DNA from: Candidatus Cloacimonadales bacterium
Lineage (GTDB): Bacteria; Cloacimonadota; Cloacimonadia; Cloacimonadales; JAFGVF01
Direction of reading: 5' to 3'
Length of the DNA: 64,000 nt
Assembly: GCA_963678315.1 (NCBI GenBank)
Contig: OY782781.1
Coordinates: 1,792,001 to 1,856,000 of the forward strand
Shown: positions 1 through 9,445 of the stretch, piece after piece
How positions within the stretch are numbered: the stretch's first letter is position 1
Layout: the number at the start of each line of letters is the position of its first letter
Program-made: the position numbers and the translations under genes
Notes under the pieces: model-generated
The model's database searches: none
Seen by the model: the letters and a program-made list of their open reading frames with translations, nothing else
Told to the model about the DNA's origin: nothing

Positions 1-2
1 CT

Positions 3-236
3 TCTGAAGTTCATTTACGTATTGGTTCTCCAGCAGTAAAATTCCCATGTTATTACGGTATTGATACTCCTACACAAACAGAGCTGATAGCTAATCAAAA
101 GAATGTTGATGAAATTAGAGAGTATGCAGGTGCAGATTCTCTTAGATATATTGATTTAGATGATTTGATAACATGCGTTAAAGACTGTACAAATTACTGT
201 CATGCTTGTTTCTCAGGAGATTATCCAATAAAATAA
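3..236 (+). CDS. purF: Amidophosphoribosyltransferase, C-terminal end (partial, runs in from the window edge)
   Basis: Manual translation of frame 3: SEVHLRIGSPAVKFPCYYGIDTPT...GADSLRYIDLDDL...YCHACFSGDYPIK*, the characteristic PurF C-terminus; not in the ORF track. Confidence 0.93.
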   Translation, partial: SEVHLRIGSPAVKFPCYYGIDTPTQTELIANQKNVDEIREYAGADSLRYIDLDDLITCVKDCTNYCHACFSGDYPIK

Positions 237-244
237 GGAAAAGT

Positions 245-1228
245 ATGGATCTAGGAAAAATTACAGAATATACAAGTGAATCTAAGAGGAAGAGAATTGT
301 CGTTATTGGTGATGTCATGTTAGACCATTACATTATTGGTAATGTCGATAGAATTTCTCCAGAAGCACCTGTTCCTATTTTAAATGCAAAGAGTGATGAT
401 TACCGTTTAGGTGGTGCTGCAAATGTGGCACTAAATATTGTAACTCTTGGCGCAGAAGCAATACTTATCGGGGTAATTGGTAATGAAGTTAATGGTAGGA
501 TTTTAAGAGAACTTCTAGTGAAAAAGAATGTTAATTCGGATTATCTAATCGTTGATGACAGTAGACCAACTACTATTAAAACAAGAATTACTTCTAAAAT
601 GCAACAAATTGTTAGAGTTGATAGAGAAGTAAAAACTGATATATCTACAGCAATAGAAGATTCTTTAATTGAAAAGTTTGCTTCTATTGTTGAATCTATA
701 GATGGGGTCATTTTGGAAGACTATAACAAAGGTCTTTTGACTTCAAGAGTGATTGGTAAAATCCTTGAATTAACTACTAGACATAAGAAAGTAGTGACAG
801 TTGATCCTAAAATGAATAATTTCTTTGACTATAAAAATGTAACTGTCTTTAAACCTAACTTACTTGAGCTAAGTAAAAACATGGGTGTTATTATCAAAGA
901 TGACAAAACCCTATATAGTGTAGCTTGGGAGCTTTTTGCTAAAATATCTCCTCAAAACTTAATTGTTACATTAGGTGAAAAAGGTATGCTGATATTTAAA
1001 AAAGATAAGAAAGTTATTTCTTTACCTACCTATGCCAGAGAAGTATTTGATGTTTCAGGTGCTGGCGATACCGTTATAAGTACACTGACATTAGCATTAA
1101 CCATTACAGAGTCTGTACTAGAATCAGCTATGGTGGCTAACCACGCTGCCGGAGTAGTTTGTGGTAAAAATGGTACTTCTCCTGTGTATTGGGATGAAAT
1201 TTATGAATCAGTTGAGCAAGAACAATAA
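245..1228 (+). CDS. rfaE1: D-glycero-beta-D-manno-heptose-7-phosphate kinase (RfaE1/HldA, PfkB family)
   Basis: IVVIGDVMLDHY...RISPEAPVP, GGAANVA, DVSGAGDTV motifs; ATG at 245 follows AAGGAA and the purF stop. Confidence 0.92.
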   Translation: MDLGKITEYTSESKRKRIVVIGDVMLDHYIIGNVDRISPEAPVPILNAKSDDYRLGGAANVALNIVTLGAEAILIGVIGNEVNGRILRELLVKKNVNSDYLIVDDSRPTTIKTRITSKMQQIVRVDREVKTDISTAIEDSLIEKFASIVESIDGVILEDYNKGLLTSRVIGKILELTTRHKKVVTVDPKMNNFFDYKNVTVFKPNLLELSKNMGVIIKDDKTLYSVAWELFAKISPQNLIVTLGEKGMLIFKKDKKVISLPTYAREVFDVSGAGDTVISTLTLALTITESVLESAMVANHAAGVVCGKNGTSPVYWDEIYESVEQEQ

Positions 1229-1710
1229 TGAAGATAATTGATAGAATTATTCCTAACGATAAAATTGAGAACTTAGTTGATAAACTGAGGAGTAATGGCA
1301 AGAAAGTTGTTTTTACAAATGGATGTTTCGATATATTACATATTGGACATGTTAGTTACTTAGAAGAAGCTAAGTCTTGTGGAGATATACTTATTGTTGG
1401 ATTAAATAGTGATGCTTCAGTAAAAAGATTGAAAGGTGAAAGTAGACCAATTAATAGCCAGCTGGAAAGAGCTTTTGTTCTTTGTGGGCTAAGACCTGTT
1501 GATTATGTGGTCGTTTTTGAAGAAGATACACCTTACAACTTGATTAGTAAAGTTTTACCTTCTGTTCTAGTAAAGGGGGGAGACTGGAAAGCTGAGCAAA
1601 TTGTTGGATCTGATATAGTTTTAGCTAATGGTGGGGAAGTGAAGAGCTTAATGTTTAAAGAAGGATTCTCTACTACAAATATCATAACAAAGATAAATGA
1701 GGAGAAATGA
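1228..1710 (+). CDS. rfaE2: D-glycero-beta-D-manno-heptose-1-phosphate adenylyltransferase (RfaE2/HldC)
   Basis: VFTNGCFDILHIGH, GLNSDASVKRLKG, VKGGDW motifs; coupled to rfaE1. Confidence 0.93.
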   Translation: MKIIDRIIPNDKIENLVDKLRSNGKKVVFTNGCFDILHIGHVSYLEEAKSCGDILIVGLNSDASVKRLKGESRPINSQLERAFVLCGLRPVDYVVVFEEDTPYNLISKVLPSVLVKGGDWKAEQIVGSDIVLANGGEVKSLMFKEGFSTTNIITKINEEK

Positions 1711-1711
1711 G

Positions 1712-2146
1712 ATGGCTGTAGATGAAACTCAAATAGGTCTGGTAAAAGATTTTAAAGATGGTAAGGCAACAGTTATAATGAATCCTCAAGGTGGTTGTTC
1801 AAGCTGTGCTATGCATGGATTATGTGGCACTTCTGATGGCTGTACTGAACATATTATTAGTACAGATATAGATTTGAAGCCTGGAGATAAAGTTATTGTG
1901 TATATTGACCCATCCAAAAGGATTCTTTCTGCCTTTCTACTGTTCATTTTCCCAATAACCTTACTAGTGATATTTTATTATATAGCGAATATCTACCTGG
2001 CTGAAAAATATGCAGTTATGTTTGGTTTAGCTGGATTTGTTCTTGCTTTTATAATTAATCGCTTAATTGATAAAGTTTGGGGAAAGAATGTAAGCTTTAT
2101 AATTGCATCAAAATATGAGGATGACTTAGATGAAAATCACTCTTAA
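1712..2146 (+). CDS. RseC/MucC (SoxR-reducing system) family membrane protein
   Basis: GCSSCAMHGLCG Cys cluster, KPGDKV, two C-terminal TM helices; GAGGAG 7 nt before ATG 1712. Confidence 0.75.
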   Translation: MAVDETQIGLVKDFKDGKATVIMNPQGGCSSCAMHGLCGTSDGCTEHIISTDIDLKPGDKVIVYIDPSKRILSAFLLFIFPITLLVIFYYIANIYLAEKYAVMFGLAGFVLAFIINRLIDKVWGKNVSFIIASKYEDDLDENHS

Positions 2147-2486
2147 AGATATGGTCTTCTATGGCTACCATGGTGTTCAAGATGAAGAGAGAGTTTTAGG
2201 ACAACGTTTTGTTGTTACTGCTAGCCTAAAAACACTTGATGAGAAAGATAGGTTTATTCATAAATTAGAAGACACTGTTGATTACACCGAAGTTTATAGT
2301 GAAATCAAAAAAATCATGGAAGAAGATAAGCACTATCTACTTGAGAACTGTGCTAATGTAATATTAGATATGTTGTTAGAAAAATTCACTTTGGTGGAAG
2401 AAGCAACAATTATAATTAGAAAGCCATCTGTCCCAATCAGAGGGCAACTAAGTTATTCAGAAATTGAAATGAGCAGAGGAAGATAA
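2130..2486 (+). CDS. folB: Dihydroneopterin aldolase
   Basis: FYGYHGVQDEERVLGQRF, TVDYTEV, LLE, KP motifs; next to folK. Confidence 0.92.
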   Translation: MKITLKDMVFYGYHGVQDEERVLGQRFVVTASLKTLDEKDRFIHKLEDTVDYTEVYSEIKKIMEEDKHYLLENCANVILDMLLEKFTLVEEATIIIRKPSVPIRGQLSYSEIEMSRGR

Positions 2487-2953
2487 TGCAAGCTGTATTG
2501 TCTCTAGGAAGTAATTTAGGAGATAAAGCAGAAAACTTAAGAAAGGCTGTTGAGTTGATTGCAAAGTTTTCTGATATAAGCAAAGAGGGAAGAGTGGTTG
2601 AAACACTTCCTTGGGGGAATGAGAATCAAGAAAACTTCTTGAATCAGATAATAGTTATTGAAACAGATTATCAAGCAGATATGTTACTGGACAAATTATT
2701 ATCTATTGAAATAGATATGGGTAGGATTAGAAAAGAGAAATGGGGACCTAGAATAATTGATTTGGATATATTATTTATTGAGAATAGAGTAATTGAATCT
2801 GAGAACTTAATAGTTCCTCATCCATTCTTACATCAAAGGGAGTTTATACTTGAACCTTTGTTGGAGATTGACCCTAACATAATTCATCCAAAGTTAAAAA
2901 AAACAGTTAGGGAACTATATCATATATTAAAAGAGACTAAGGAGAAGAAATGA
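2486..2953 (+). CDS. folK: 2-amino-4-hydroxy-6-hydroxymethyldihydropteridine diphosphokinase
   Basis: LSLGSNLGD, FLNQ, KWGPRIIDLDIL, PHP...REFILEPL. Confidence 0.95.
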   Translation: MQAVLSLGSNLGDKAENLRKAVELIAKFSDISKEGRVVETLPWGNENQENFLNQIIVIETDYQADMLLDKLLSIEIDMGRIRKEKWGPRIIDLDILFIENRVIESENLIVPHPFLHQREFILEPLLEIDPNIIHPKLKKTVRELYHILKETKEKK

Positions 2954-3981
2954 ACAAGGTAGGAGCTATTATTTTAGCAGCAGGCAAAGGTACAAGAATG
3001 AAATCTACTAAGCCAAAGGTAGCATTCGAACTCGGTGGAAAATCTTTAGTAGAAAGAGTTGTAGAAACTTCTTTATCATTAAATTCTGAGCTTACATGTG
3101 TGGTTGTCGGTTATAAGAAAGAAATTGTTATGGAGCTTGTTGCTAGCTATGACAATGTTGAATTTGCTGAACAAGTAGAACAGCTTGGAACAGGTCATGC
3201 TGTTAAGATTGCGAAACAAGTGTTTGATGGCTTTAGTGGTGATATTTTTATTCTTTGTGGTGATGTTCCTTTAACTAAAGTAGATACTCTACAAAACATG
3301 TTAGATACTCATAGAAAAAGTAAGAATGCCTGCACTGTCTTAACTCATGTAATTGATGATCCTGCAAGATATGGTAGAATTATCAGAGATGCTAATGGAA
3401 ACATTGATTCAATAGTTGAATTTAAAGATGCAAACGATTCTCAAAGAGAAATTCATGAGATAAATACAGGTATCTACTGTTTTGATAAAGAAAAGCTATT
3501 TTCTGCTTTAGATAAAATTGATAACAATAACGCACAGAATGAGTACTACCTTCCTGATACATTGAAAATACTTAACAGTGAGGGAGAAAAAGTAGGTGGG
3601 CATATTTTGGAACATTTCGTTGAAGCTGCAGGAATCAACTCTCAAAAGCAATTAGCCCAACTAGAAACTGAATTTTATGCAAAAATTAAAGATCACTGGA
3701 TGACTGAAGGTGTCTCAATAGAAAATCCAGCTAGTGTTATTATTGGCGAGGATGTAATTATTGAAAGTGATGTAAGCATAGGTGCTAATACAATTATCAA
3801 AGGAAAATCAACAATACGTGAGGGAGCTAACATTGGTCCTTTCTGTAATTTAGTTAATTGTGTGATTGAGGAAGAAGCAATTCTGGAAGGCTATAATATT
3901 ATTGTTGATTCTCATATAAATGAACAAGAAGTGATTTCTTTTAGAGAAACAGTAATTGAGGAGAATGTTGTTGATGAATAA
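2950..3981 (+). CDS. glmU: GlmU-like GlcNAc-1-P uridyltransferase with only a short hexapeptide-repeat tail
   Basis: ILAAGKGTRMKS, QLGTGHAV, GDVP, YGRI, EINTG, EYYLPD motifs; 343 aa, ends after a few hexapeptide repeats. Confidence 0.8.
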   Translation: MNKVGAIILAAGKGTRMKSTKPKVAFELGGKSLVERVVETSLSLNSELTCVVVGYKKEIVMELVASYDNVEFAEQVEQLGTGHAVKIAKQVFDGFSGDIFILCGDVPLTKVDTLQNMLDTHRKSKNACTVLTHVIDDPARYGRIIRDANGNIDSIVEFKDANDSQREIHEINTGIYCFDKEKLFSALDKIDNNNAQNEYYLPDTLKILNSEGEKVGGHILEHFVEAAGINSQKQLAQLETEFYAKIKDHWMTEGVSIENPASVIIGEDVIIESDVSIGANTIIKGKSTIREGANIGPFCNLVNCVIEEEAILEGYNIIVDSHINEQEVISFRETVIEENVVDE

Positions 3982-4468
3982 GGAATATCTATATTCACCC
4001 TGGAGAATAGATTATATCCTTTCCCAAAAAGAACAAGGATGTATATTCTGTCTCAAACCTGAAGATAATGATGATGCAAAACATGGCATAGTTTATAGAA
4101 GTGAACATTGTTTTGTAATTATCAATCTTTATCCTTATAACAACGGTCATATCATGGTAGTACCATATAGTCATGTATCGTCTTTAGCAGACCTAAAAGC
4201 AGAGGAAGTAAATGATCTTTTCTCGGTAGTTAGGCTTTCTGAAATTGTTCTCAATGAAGTTTATCATTGTGAAGGAATGAATATTGGGATAAATGAAGGA
4301 AAATCAGCAGGTGCTGGAATAGCAGAACATATTCATGTTCACCTGGTACCAAGATGGGTCGGCGATGTTAATTTTATGACTTCTATCGGTGGTAAACGTG
4401 TGATACCAGAGGCTTTTGAATCTACATATATAAAATTAAAAGAACAATTTGACAAATTCAAGGGGTAA
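3974..4468 (+). CDS. HIT-family hydrolase (Ap4A phosphorylase-like)
   Basis: SPWR..YI, CIFC, NLYPYNNGH, AGAGIAEHIHVHLVPRW histidine triad. Confidence 0.9.
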   Translation: MNKEYLYSPWRIDYILSQKEQGCIFCLKPEDNDDAKHGIVYRSEHCFVIINLYPYNNGHIMVVPYSHVSSLADLKAEEVNDLFSVVRLSEIVLNEVYHCEGMNIGINEGKSAGAGIAEHIHVHLVPRWVGDVNFMTSIGGKRVIPEAFESTYIKLKEQFDKFKG

Positions 4469-4474
4469 AATAAT

Positions 4475-4942
4475 TTGTCCAGAAAGCTCAAAATCTTAAT
4501 AGCGATTGTTTTGTTAATAGCAATTAGCTTTTTAGGTTTATATTTATTTAAAATTTTTAACGAAGAAGAAGATATCCTTGCTGATATTGATAAGAGAGAA
4601 ATCTCTGTTCAAATTCTCAATGGTTGTGGAATTTCTGGATTAGCAAGAGAATATGAAGAATTCTTGGTTAAAAAATTTGAAGAATATGGAGCTAATATGT
4701 TCAAATTCTCTGAAGCTTCAAATACTCGTAAATCAATATATAATAAGAGTATAATTGTTGTTGTTAGAGAAGTTGATTTCGCAGAAGAACCTAATAACTT
4801 AGAAATTTTACAAGAAAGAACTGGTATTGAAAACTGGATATATGCTATAGATGAAAATGAGAAGCCAGACAATCAGTTTATAATAATAATTGGAAATGAT
4901 TTCCAAAATTTAATGGAACAAGAGAGAGAATATGCAAGGTAA
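4475..4942 (+). CDS. LytR C-terminal domain protein with N-terminal TM helix
   Basis: VQILNGCGISGLA and terminal IIIGND motifs; lies upstream of rsfS. Confidence 0.75.
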   Translation: MSRKLKILIAIVLLIAISFLGLYLFKIFNEEEDILADIDKREISVQILNGCGISGLAREYEEFLVKKFEEYGANMFKFSEASNTRKSIYNKSIIVVVREVDFAEEPNNLEILQERTGIENWIYAIDENEKPDNQFIIIIGNDFQNLMEQEREYAR

Positions 4943-5300
4943 AGAACTTGTTGAGAAAATAATTGAATGGGCTGTAGACAAAAAAGGTGATAACATAAAA
5001 TTTTATGATCTAAAAGGCAAAACATCTTACACTGATTATGTATTAGTTGTAGAGGGTGGTTCAGATTTGCATATAAATGCAATTGCTGAAAATATAGTCC
5101 AGAACTCTAAAAAAGAGAAAGTTCATATTTCTGGTAAAGAAGGATTTAAAAGTAGTTCATGGGTGTTACTTGACTTTGTCGATGTGATACTACATGTAGT
5201 TACACCTTCTACAAGAGAATTTTATAAGCTAGATAGTTTATTTACAAATATTCAAAATGATGTAGCAGAAGAAGCTATTCAAGAGGATATAGATGATTAA
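4932..5300 (+). CDS. rsfS: Ribosome silencing factor RsfS (Iojap)
   Basis: DKKGDNI, TDYVLV, WVLLDFVDVILHV, REFYKLD. Confidence 0.92.
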   Translation: MQGKELVEKIIEWAVDKKGDNIKFYDLKGKTSYTDYVLVVEGGSDLHINAIAENIVQNSKKEKVHISGKEGFKSSSWVLLDFVDVILHVVTPSTREFYKLDSLFTNIQNDVAEEAIQEDIDD

Positions 5301-7011
5301 GGAAATTTTAAAAAATAGCATTAATAATTGTATTGATACGCTTAACTTAGAAAATAACAATAAATTTAATGTTGAAGTTCCGAATAATAAGAATCATGGA
5401 GATTATTCAACTAATGTTGCAATGGTTCTTTCTAAACTAAACCAGAGAAAACCTAGAGAATTAGCTGAAGAAATTAAAACAGAACTTCTTAATGACGCTC
5501 ACATTGAAAAAGTTGAAATAGCTGGTCCTGGATTTATTAATATTACCCTAGCTAAGTCATTATTTCAAGAACTATTATACGATATATTAAAAGCAAAAGC
5601 TGACTATGGAACAACTCAACATGGTGCGGGAAAGAAGATTTTGTTAGAGTTTGTGTCTGCAAATCCAACTGGACCTTTAAACATCGTAAGTGCTAGAGCT
5701 GCTACTTATGGCGATACCTTATATCGTATCATGAATAAAGTTGGTTATGAAGCTAAAAGAGAATTCTATGTTAATGATGCTGGTAATCAAGTAGATATCT
5801 TAGCTGAATCACTAGAACTTAGACTTCGTCAGGTTCGTGGTGAAAATATTGGAGAATTTCCTGTAGAAGCTTATCATGGTGAGTATCTTGTTGAAATGGC
5901 TGATGAACTAAACTCAAATGAAGGTAATAGACTTCTAATGTTACCTGAAAAAGATAGAATTGAAAAACTCAAAGATTATGCACTCAATTCAATTCATGAG
6001 ATGCAACTCAACAGTCTTGAAAAATATGATGTAGAATTTGATAACTGGGTATCAGAAAAGAAACTTAGAAATCAAGGTGTTGTCGAAGAAGTATTAAGTT
6101 TCTTAGCTGAAGCTGAATGTACTTATGAGAAAGATGACGCTATATGGTTTAGTTCAAGTAAGTATGGTGATGATAAAGACCGTGTTTTAATGAAAGCAGA
6201 TGGTTCTATTACCTACTTTGTTCCTGATTTAGCTTATCATTTAACTAAATATCAACGTGGTTTTGATTACATCATAGACGTTCTTGGTCCTGACCATCAT
6301 GGTTATGTGCCTAGATTAAAAGCAGCAATTAAAGCTCTTAAATATGATGAAGAAAAGCTTGAAGTTGTTTTCTTACAACAAATCAATCTATTTGAAGATG
6401 GTGAAAAAATCAAGATGTCAAAACGTCTTGGTAAGATTATCACAATGGATGATTTAGTTGATGAGGTAGGTAAAGATGTAGCTCGATTCTTCTTTATTGA
6501 TAGAAGAACTAATGCTCATTTAAACTTTGATATGGATTTAGCTAGAAAGCAAAGTGATGAAAATCCTGTGTACTATATCCAGTACGCTCATGCAAGAATT
6601 TCTAGTATTATCAAGAAAGCTAGAAAAGAACATGAGATTAGAATAGGAAAACCATCTAGAACAGCATGTAATTTCTTAAATGAAGAAGCGGAAATTGAAT
6701 TAATGAAAAAATTAATTGGCTTCCCACAACTTCTAGAAAGTGTTGCCGATACTAGAGAACCTCACAGATTAGCAACTTATGTGTTTGAATTAGCTGGAAT
6801 GTTCCATAAATACTATGCAAAGCATAAAGTTATTGATGAAGAAAACATTGATGTAACTAAAGGAAGACTTTTCTTAATTACTGCTGTTAAAAATGTTCTT
6901 GCAATTGCTCTAGACTTATTAGGTGTGAATGCTCCAGATAGAATGAAGAAGACAAGTGCAGCTAAAGGAGCTAAGAAAAAGACTCCAACAAAAAAAAGTA
7001 AAGAAAAATAG
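5293..7011 (+). CDS. argS: Arginine--tRNA ligase
   Basis: HGDYSTNVAM, IAGPGFIN, EFVSANPTGPL, YVNDAGNQ, KMSKR, NPVYYIQYAHAR. Confidence 0.97.
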   Translation: MIKEILKNSINNCIDTLNLENNNKFNVEVPNNKNHGDYSTNVAMVLSKLNQRKPRELAEEIKTELLNDAHIEKVEIAGPGFINITLAKSLFQELLYDILKAKADYGTTQHGAGKKILLEFVSANPTGPLNIVSARAATYGDTLYRIMNKVGYEAKREFYVNDAGNQVDILAESLELRLRQVRGENIGEFPVEAYHGEYLVEMADELNSNEGNRLLMLPEKDRIEKLKDYALNSIHEMQLNSLEKYDVEFDNWVSEKKLRNQGVVEEVLSFLAEAECTYEKDDAIWFSSSKYGDDKDRVLMKADGSITYFVPDLAYHLTKYQRGFDYIIDVLGPDHHGYVPRLKAAIKALKYDEEKLEVVFLQQINLFEDGEKIKMSKRLGKIITMDDLVDEVGKDVARFFFIDRRTNAHLNFDMDLARKQSDENPVYYIQYAHARISSIIKKARKEHEIRIGKPSRTACNFLNEEAEIELMKKLIGFPQLLESVADTREPHRLATYVFELAGMFHKYYAKHKVIDEENIDVTKGRLFLITAVKNVLAIALDLLGVNAPDRMKKTSAAKGAKKKTPTKKSKEK

Positions 7012-7034
7012 ATTATAAATGTAACTTTCTAACT

Positions 7035-7060
7035 ATCCCACGTTCTACACGTGGGATTTC
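7035..7060 (+). terminator. Hairpin after argS (weak terminator or processing stem)
   Basis: ATCCCACGT-tctac-ACGTGGGAT, followed by only a short T run. Confidence 0.5.
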
Positions 7061-7075
7061 ATTATAAGGAGAATT

Positions 7076-7594
7076 ATGAAAGTTCTGCTAGTGTCAGATA
7101 CACATAAAAATATACCCCTCCTCACTGAAGTACTTAATATGCATGAATTTGATATTCTAGTACATCTTGGAGATTATTATGAAGACCCAATAAAAGCAGG
7201 TTTCAAAAAATACTGTAAAACTCTCTATAGAGTTCCTGGAATTTATCATCCTGCCTATATATCAGGAGAAATAGATGCCATAGATAAACTAGATTTTGTA
7301 TCTATTCCTACATATATTGTGCATAGTATTGATGATATAAGTTTGACAGATATTGATAATAGCATAATCTTTTATGGACATACTCACATCCAAAAGATTG
7401 AGAAAGTTGGGTCAAACTTGTTAATTAATCCAGGACATTTAAAGCTAGAAAGGGATAGAGGGCAGTCTTGTTCATACATTATTCTAGAGGTTGAACATGA
7501 TAAGGTTATTGTGAATATGTATGAAGTTAGAAGTGGTTTGAAAAAGAAAGTTATAATAAAAGATAAAGAAAAATTGGAGCTAAAGATATGCTAG
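7076..7594 (+). CDS. YfcE/MJ0936-like metallophosphoesterase
   Basis: SDTH, HLGD, GHTH, INPG motifs. Confidence 0.8.
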   Translation: MKVLLVSDTHKNIPLLTEVLNMHEFDILVHLGDYYEDPIKAGFKKYCKTLYRVPGIYHPAYISGEIDAIDKLDFVSIPTYIVHSIDDISLTDIDNSIIFYGHTHIQKIEKVGSNLLINPGHLKLERDRGQSCSYIILEVEHDKVIVNMYEVRSGLKKKVIIKDKEKLELKIC

Positions 7595-8568
7595 ATAATT
7601 ACATACCTAATAATGAGAATAGTTACTCATTAAATCAACTAATTGCAGAGATTAGAAAGGTCATAGTTGGACAAGATTACATGATTGAAAGGATTCTTAT
7701 AGGTCTTTTAGCAGATGGACATATCTTAATTGAAGGTGTTCCAGGATTAGCAAAAACCTTGGCAATTAGCACTGTTGCCAAAGCACTCAAAGTTTCTTTT
7801 AAAAGAATTCAGTTTACTCCAGATTTATTACCAGCCGATATTACTGGAACCTTGATTTATAATCAAAAGACTAGTGAATTTATACCTAAGAAGGGTCCAA
7901 TATTTTCGAATTTCGTATTAGCTGACGAAATTAATAGAGCACCTTCAAAAGTACAGTCTGCTCTTCTTGAAGCTATGCAGGAAAAACAGATAACTCTTGG
8001 AGATACAACCTACAAACTCGAAAAACCTTTCTTAGTCTTAGCAACTCAAAATCCTTTAGAACAAGAAGGAACTTATCCTCTTCCTGAAGCTCAATTGGAT
8101 AGATTTATGCTTAAATTACAAGTTGAATATCCAAGTAAAGAAGAAGAAAAAGAAATTCTTAGAAGAATGGTTAAGAATACATCTATTGAAGTTAATCCAG
8201 TATTTTCTCCAGAGGATATCTTTAAAATGCGTAAAGAGGTTGAAGAAGTTTATATAGATGAAAAGCTATACGACTATATAATAGACATAGTTTTTGCAAC
8301 AAGGTTTCCATCTAAATATAGAAATCTAAAAGATCTAGAAAGCTATATTGAGTGTGGAGCTTCTCCGAGAGCAACAATCAATATTGCTAGAGCAGCTAAA
8401 GCTCATGCTTATTTACAAGGTCGAAACTTTGTGATTCCTGATGATATAAAGGCTATCAGCAAAGATGTTTTACGACACAGAATAATACTTTCTTATGAAG
8501 CTGAAGCAGAACAGTTGAGTAGTGATTTAATCATAGAAAAAATATTTGATGAAGTAGAAGTTCCGTAA
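7588..8568 (+). CDS. moxR: MoxR-family AAA+ ATPase
   Basis: EGVPGLAKT, RIQFTPDLLPADITG, LADEINRAP, ATQNPLEQEGTYPLPEAQLDRF. Confidence 0.95.
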   Translation: MLDNYIPNNENSYSLNQLIAEIRKVIVGQDYMIERILIGLLADGHILIEGVPGLAKTLAISTVAKALKVSFKRIQFTPDLLPADITGTLIYNQKTSEFIPKKGPIFSNFVLADEINRAPSKVQSALLEAMQEKQITLGDTTYKLEKPFLVLATQNPLEQEGTYPLPEAQLDRFMLKLQVEYPSKEEEKEILRRMVKNTSIEVNPVFSPEDIFKMRKEVEEVYIDEKLYDYIIDIVFATRFPSKYRNLKDLESYIECGASPRATINIARAAKAHAYLQGRNFVIPDDIKAISKDVLRHRIILSYEAEAEQLSSDLIIEKIFDEVEVP

Positions 8569-8569
8569 A

Positions 8570-9445
8570 ATGGATGCTAAAGAGATAATTAAGAAAATAA
8601 AGAAGATTGAGATTTCAACTAAGAACATTGTTGAAGAGATGTTCGCAGGGGAATATCATTCTCTTTTCAAAGGGCAAGGATTAGAATTCTCAGAAGTAAG
8701 AGAATATACTCCTGGGGATAATTATCGTCTTATAGATTGGAATGTTACAGCTAGGAGTCAAAAGCCTTTCATTAAAACATTTGAAGAGACAAGGGAACTA
8801 AATGTACTCTTTTTAGTTGATTGTTCTTCTTCTAACATATTTGGAACAAAGAACCAACTAAAATCTGAGTATATAGCTGAGATAACAGCTGTTCTATCTT
8901 TCTCTGCTTTGATGAATCAAGACAAGTGCGGACTTCTTATGTTCTCAGATGAGATTGAGAAATACATCCCTCCTCGCAAAGGAAAGAAAGCAGCTCTACA
9001 AATGTTAAGAGAGATTCTTTTTTACGAAGCAAAGAATCATGGGACTAATATCAAAAAAGCTCTGCAATTCATATCCAAAGTTATAAAAAAGAGATCAATT
9101 ATCTTTATTATATCTGACTTTATTGATAATAGTTATACTGATTCCCTTAAGTATTTAGGACGAAAGCATGATGTTATTGCAATTAAAGTAACTGATCCCG
9201 CAGAGGAAGAACTACCAAATGCTGGCTTACTTAGGGTTTTTGATCCTGAAACAAATCAAAATATGATGATAAATACTTCAAGTAAAAGAATTAGGAAGCT
9301 TTACTCACGAGAATCACAGAAGTTAGAGAATATTACTGACAGTATCTTTAAAGATTCCCAAATTGATTTGCTGAAACTCAGAACAGATCAATCTTATGTT
9401 AAAGAACTGCAAAAGTATTTTAAAAAGAGGCTCAGAAGAAAATGA
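8570..9445 (+). CDS. DUF58 domain protein
   Basis: GEYHSLFKGQGLEFSEVREY.PGD...IDWNVTAR, ISDF; directly after moxR. Confidence 0.92.
   Translation: MDAKEIIKKIKKIEISTKNIVEEMFAGEYHSLFKGQGLEFSEVREYTPGDNYRLIDWNVTARSQKPFIKTFEETRELNVLFLVDCSSSNIFGTKNQLKSEYIAEITAVLSFSALMNQDKCGLLMFSDEIEKYIPPRKGKKAALQMLREILFYEAKNHGTNIKKALQFISKVIKKRSIIFIISDFIDNSYTDSLKYLGRKHDVIAIKVTDPAEEELPNAGLLRVFDPETNQNMMINTSSKRIRKLYSRESQKLENITDSIFKDSQIDLLKLRTDQSYVKELQKYFKKRLRRK

Noticed and set aside
245..1710. Split hldE as a broken gene
   Set aside because: Separate RfaE1 and RfaE2 genes are common, and both ORFs are intact and translationally coupled.
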